Of a stretch of 41,385 nt of DNA, positions 37,982-41,385 are shown piece after piece (the stretch's first letter is position 1; every line of letters starts with the position of its first letter). Origin of the DNA: Chloroflexota bacterium. Lineage in GTDB: Bacteria > Chloroflexota > Dehalococcoidia > UBA2979. A model generated the notes under the pieces. The model worked only from the letters and a program-made list of their open reading frames with translations. It made no database searches and was not told the DNA's origin. Location: contig JAQCIU010000028.1 in assembly GCA_027593235.1 (NCBI GenBank), forward strand, positions 1 through 41,385, in the 5' to 3' direction. A program made the translations under genes and the position numbers.

Positions 37982-38554
37982 TCACTTCGGGAGACCCGCG
38001 AACGCCATCAGCCCACCGGTGATCACCGTCAATGCCAGCGTGATCAGACCGGTGGTGCTGTCCAGCAGGCCGCCCTCCAGCTTGACCACCATCGAGCCGT
38101 CGCAATTCGAGAGGTCGTTGTGGTTACCGGAGACCGTTAGTTCGATGCCGCGCGGCGTCGCGTCGGGCAGGTCCCAGGTCACGCTCCCCGCATCGGTCGT
38201 CTTGGTTGAGTCCTCGTCGGACCAGTTCTTGATCTGCACCGAGATGCCGAGCGGAAGTGCAACCGAAACGCTGCCGCTGATCGGGCGCCCCTCGTCAGGT
38301 ACGTTGCTGATCTCGATGCCGCCGGCGTAGCTGGCGGACCCGGCGATCGGCACCGTGTAGACCCCGCCGGATGCGGAGGGGTCGTAGCCTCCCGCGCCCT
38401 CGATCGTTCCGGACACGAAACACGGCCCGTTCAGGTTCGCGGCAACGCTGCCGTCACTGGCGGATCCCTGCGCGCTCGCGGCGCCAATGAAGAGCAACGG
38501 CGAAGCGATCGCTCCAAGGAGCATCGCGAGCAAACTGAGTCTCAATCTGCGCAT
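37982..38554 (-). CDS. Secreted protein with a C-terminal membrane anchor
   Basis: Signal peptide MRRLRLSLLAMLLG...AASA; Gly/Ser-rich domain with two Cys; hydrophobic C-terminus. Confidence 0.78.
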   Translation of the reverse strand: MRRLRLSLLAMLLGAIASPLLFIGAASAQGSASDGSVAANLNGPCFVSGTIEGAGGYDPSASGGVYTVPIAGSASYAGGIEISNVPDEGRPISGSVSVALPLGISVQIKNWSDEDSTKTTDAGSVTWDLPDATPRGIELTVSGNHNDLSNCDGSMVVKLEGGLLDSTTGLITLALTVITGGLMAFAGLPK

Positions 38555-38731
38555 CGCGACCCCTTCCACCTGGGCGAATCGCCGTCACTCTGCTCATTCG
38601 TGAAGGTATTGTCAGGCGTCGCCCAGGCGTCCGAATGACCGCTAACGCACATCCGACTGCGGGCCGGGTTTGCATCGCCGGCCCCTGTTGGTGTTTCATC
38701 GGAGGTACCGGCGGGGTTGTCGGTGGGTACC

Positions 38732-39148
38732 GTGACCACGATTCGACGGTTTGTCAGCTACTACACGCGTTCGTCGTTGCCGTTCCTCAGCGGACTGGTC
38801 TACGGCATCTTTCTGGCGAAGTGGGATCACCCGCTCTGGCTGCAAGTCCTCGCCGGGCTCGCGCTCGTCGTCCTCGGCCCGTTCATCATCCAGCTCGTGA
38901 TCACCTTGATCGTCGATGCCCTGCAAGGCGTCCCGGACGATCGCATGGTCGCGACATCGGCATCGACCCGCCCGCTCGGCACGCCGTCCCAGCCGTCGCA
39001 GCAGTCGGCGCACTCTGCACTGCCGCAGTCCCTGACGCCCTCGTCGTTGACGCCGCGCTCGGGGCCCACACGCTCATTAACCGGGCGGAACACGGTCGGC
39101 TCCGCCGATCGCGGCGGCATCCTCGGACGCTTCACCCGCGGGCGCTGA
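38732..39148 (+). CDS. Hypothetical membrane protein, two TM plus low-complexity tail
   Basis: Hydrophobic LPFLSGLVYGIFLA and LQVLAGLALVVLGPFIIQLVITLIV; start uncertain (38717 or 38732). Confidence 0.65.
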   Translation: MTTIRRFVSYYTRSSLPFLSGLVYGIFLAKWDHPLWLQVLAGLALVVLGPFIIQLVITLIVDALQGVPDDRMVATSASTRPLGTPSQPSQQSAHSALPQSLTPSSLTPRSGPTRSLTGRNTVGSADRGGILGRFTRGR

Positions 39149-39220
39149 CCTTCGCCAGACCGTCGGTCACTAATCCCGGCGTGAGCGTGACCCCGCAGCG
39201 ACGCGGCGGGGCATGGCGCG

Positions 39221-39853
39221 CTACAGCTCTTTCGCCAGGTCCTCGTCGGAGCCCGAGAAGATCAGTCGGTCATTCGCCTTGATCGTCTGAGTCCGGATCG
39301 GGTTGAGCTGAACCTCGTCGTCGCGCATCAGCATCAGCAGCCGTCGGGTCGAGTGATCCTCGTCGAGCTGGCCGAGCGTCGTGCCATACAGCCGCGGCGG
39401 CGGCTCGTAGATCGCGATCCCGTAGTCGCGTGACACCGACAGGTAGTCCTTCGCCTGGCGTAGCCGCAGCAGGTGCGCGAAGCGCAGCCCGCCTTCCTTC
39501 TCCGGCTCCACCACCCGCTGCACGCCAATGCGGCGCAACATCGTCGCGTGCCGGTCGCTCCGCGCCTTCGCGTAGACCTCCGGGACGCCCAGCGATTGCA
39601 GGTTCATCGCCGCGAGCACGCTCGCCTCGATGAACGCCGTCGCCACCACCCCGATGTCCATGTTGCCGACGCCGAGGTCGCGCAAGGCGTCCTCGTCCGT
39701 CATGTCGGCGATCGCCGCTTTCGTCACGCGATCGGCGACCCGCTGCACCTCGTTCTCGCTGATGTCGATCGCCAGGACCTCATGCCCCTCCTCGGCGAGC
39801 GCCTCGGCGAGCTGAGAACCGAACCGTCCAAGTCCGAGTACCACGACCTGCAT
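39221..39853 (-). CDS. ktrA: Trk/Ktr potassium uptake system NAD-binding (RCK) subunit
   Basis: VLGLGRFG, VLAID, YAKA and VVEPEKE motifs; short RCK_C domain. Confidence 0.9.
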   Translation of the reverse strand: MQVVVLGLGRFGSQLAEALAEEGHEVLAIDISENEVQRVADRVTKAAIADMTDEDALRDLGVGNMDIGVVATAFIEASVLAAMNLQSLGVPEVYAKARSDRHATMLRRIGVQRVVEPEKEGGLRFAHLLRLRQAKDYLSVSRDYGIAIYEPPPRLYGTTLGQLDEDHSTRRLLMLMRDDEVQLNPIRTQTIKANDRLIFSGSDEDLAKEL

Positions 39854-39876
39854 GGGGACCTCCGGGTCCGAGCGTG

Positions 39877-41280
39877 CTAACCGATGCGCACGCCTGCTTC
39901 TGGGAATCGATAGCGCGTCTGTGGCTTATCCGGAATGGACAGCGCCACGTACAGCGGACCAAGCCGTCCGATGAACATCAAGGATGAGAGGATCAGCGCC
40001 CCCGCCTCGGAGATCTCCGCCGTGATCCCCTGCGACCACCCGACGTTCGCCAGGGCGGACATCACCTCGAACATCAGCGGCAGGAACTCGAGGTCGTCCG
40101 TCAGCTCGAGCAACCAGATCCCGGCGCCCAGCGTGAAGAATCCGAGGATCGTCACCGCCACCGCCCGCAGCACGATCGCCTGCGGCAGGTCGCGCCCGAA
40201 CACCGAGGCACGGTGCTGGCCACGCAGCGCCGACATCACGACCACCATGCTCACCATGAACGCGCCCATCTTGATCCCGCCTGCCGTCGAGGTGGACGCA
40301 CCCCCGATGAACATCAGCAGCAGCAGCGCCGCCGTCGTGGAATCGTCGATCAGCGCCAGGTCCACGGTCGACATCCCCGTCGTCCGGTTCACCGACAGGA
40401 ACACCGAATTGACGAAGGCGTGCACCGGGTGCTGGCCGGCCAGGACGCCACCCTCGCCGGTCTCGACGACCATGAACAGGGCGATCCCGCCAACCAGCAA
40501 CGCGAACATCCCGATCACCACCAGCTTGGTGTCGAGCGTCCAGCGTTTCACCGGCTGCTTCATGTTGAACACCGTGACGAACGACATGCTCCCCAGGAAC
40601 GCGGAGACGCTCATCACCGCGATCGGGTACGGATTGTCGACCTCATCGGTGAACCCACGGACGCCACCCTGCAGATCGAAGCCGGCATTGTTGAACGCCG
40701 AAACCGAGTGAAACAGGCTCTTCCACACCGCCATCCCGCCGGGGTCGTCGATCACGAACCACGGCACCAGCAACAAGAAGGTGCCCAGCTCCACGCCCAG
40801 CGCGAAGGCCATCACCCGCCGGAACAGCCGGGAGATGTCGCGCTCGCCGAAGTCCATCAGCTCCATGCCGAAGAACTCGCGGCCGCGCAACCCGAACCGG
40901 TTGCCGAAGATCAGCATCAGCAACCCCGCGTACATCGTCACGCCGAGGCCGCCGACCTGCACCAGCAACGCGATCGTCACCTCGCCAAATCCGCTCCAGT
41001 GCTCCGCCGAGTCGAAGCGCGCCAGCCCCGTCACACACACCGCGGATGCCGAGGTGAACAAGGAGTCCACGAACCCCGTCCATTCCCGACGCTCCGAGGC
41101 GATCGGCAACGACAGTGCGAACGCGCCAAGGAAAATGACGAGCGCGAACACGGCGGGCACCATCCACGGCTGCGGACGGAACTGCACCCGCGATCGGTGT
41201 TTGACGGTCACCACCTCGCGCCGCAATCGTCTGCGGCGCACCGTGACGTTGCCCGGCAGTGGTCGGCGTTCCTGCGACAT
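39877..41280 (-). CDS. ktrB: Trk/Ktr potassium uptake membrane subunit
   Basis: Pore loops SAVCVTG, SAFNNAG, NRTTG and SALANVG; MFIGGASTSTAGGIK; MFIGRLGP. Confidence 0.92.
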   Translation of the reverse strand: MSQERRPLPGNVTVRRRRLRREVVTVKHRSRVQFRPQPWMVPAVFALVIFLGAFALSLPIASERREWTGFVDSLFTSASAVCVTGLARFDSAEHWSGFGEVTIALLVQVGGLGVTMYAGLLMLIFGNRFGLRGREFFGMELMDFGERDISRLFRRVMAFALGVELGTFLLLVPWFVIDDPGGMAVWKSLFHSVSAFNNAGFDLQGGVRGFTDEVDNPYPIAVMSVSAFLGSMSFVTVFNMKQPVKRWTLDTKLVVIGMFALLVGGIALFMVVETGEGGVLAGQHPVHAFVNSVFLSVNRTTGMSTVDLALIDDSTTAALLLLMFIGGASTSTAGGIKMGAFMVSMVVVMSALRGQHRASVFGRDLPQAIVLRAVAVTILGFFTLGAGIWLLELTDDLEFLPLMFEVMSALANVGWSQGITAEISEAGALILSSLMFIGRLGPLYVALSIPDKPQTRYRFPEAGVRIG

Positions 41281-41385
41281 CAGCGTGCTTCCGCGTCCTC
41301 GCGCGTCCGGCGGCTGCCCCGCCGAACTACGAGGACTGCCCCGGCGCCCGGGACGCCCGCGCGGCCGCCCCCGGCGCCCCCTGCG

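Noticed and set aside
41281-41385. 3' end of a gene upstream of ktrB
   Set aside because: More than one minus-strand frame is plausible in this 105-bp edge fragment, so it cannot be assigned

Overview
High-GC bacterial chromosomal segment, visually about 68-70% GC. The Gram-positive-type SOS box, alpha2-type GlyRS, membrane PPase and small zinc-ribbon genes are consistent with Chloroflexota, Dehalococcoidia-like (inference only). It holds about 43 mostly housekeeping or catabolic CDSs: serine hydrolase, ferritin, nfo, CoA transferase, thyX, fabF, hppA, glyQS, ferredoxin, uvrA, a diiron ferritin-like protein, phosphotriesterase-like hydrolase, D-2-hydroxyacid dehydrogenase, GT4, crotonase, USP, GltB-like FMN protein, MBL, M20, ggt and ktrA/ktrB, plus one tRNA-Gly(TCC). 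I found no integrase, transposase, CRISPR array or recognisable defence system. The unusual items are: (1) a P-type ATPase whose C-terminal half is replaced in-frame by an unrelated coding segment next to the tRNA; (2) short tandem echoes of the stop-codon-containing 3' ends of several genes; (3) a cluster of small proteins at 6.7-7.7 kb, two of them missing from the ORF track; (4) a DarA/PstA-like c-di-AMP receptor coupled to a small membrane protein and facing a degenerate HD-GYP protein, near a K+-dependent PPase; (5) an alpha/beta hydrolase with Ala at the nucleophile position; (6) a frameshifted receiver-domain gene and a cheW/ABC-F scar; (7) strong TAG stop-codon bias and several apparently leaderless genes. 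None of these is a proven new system.
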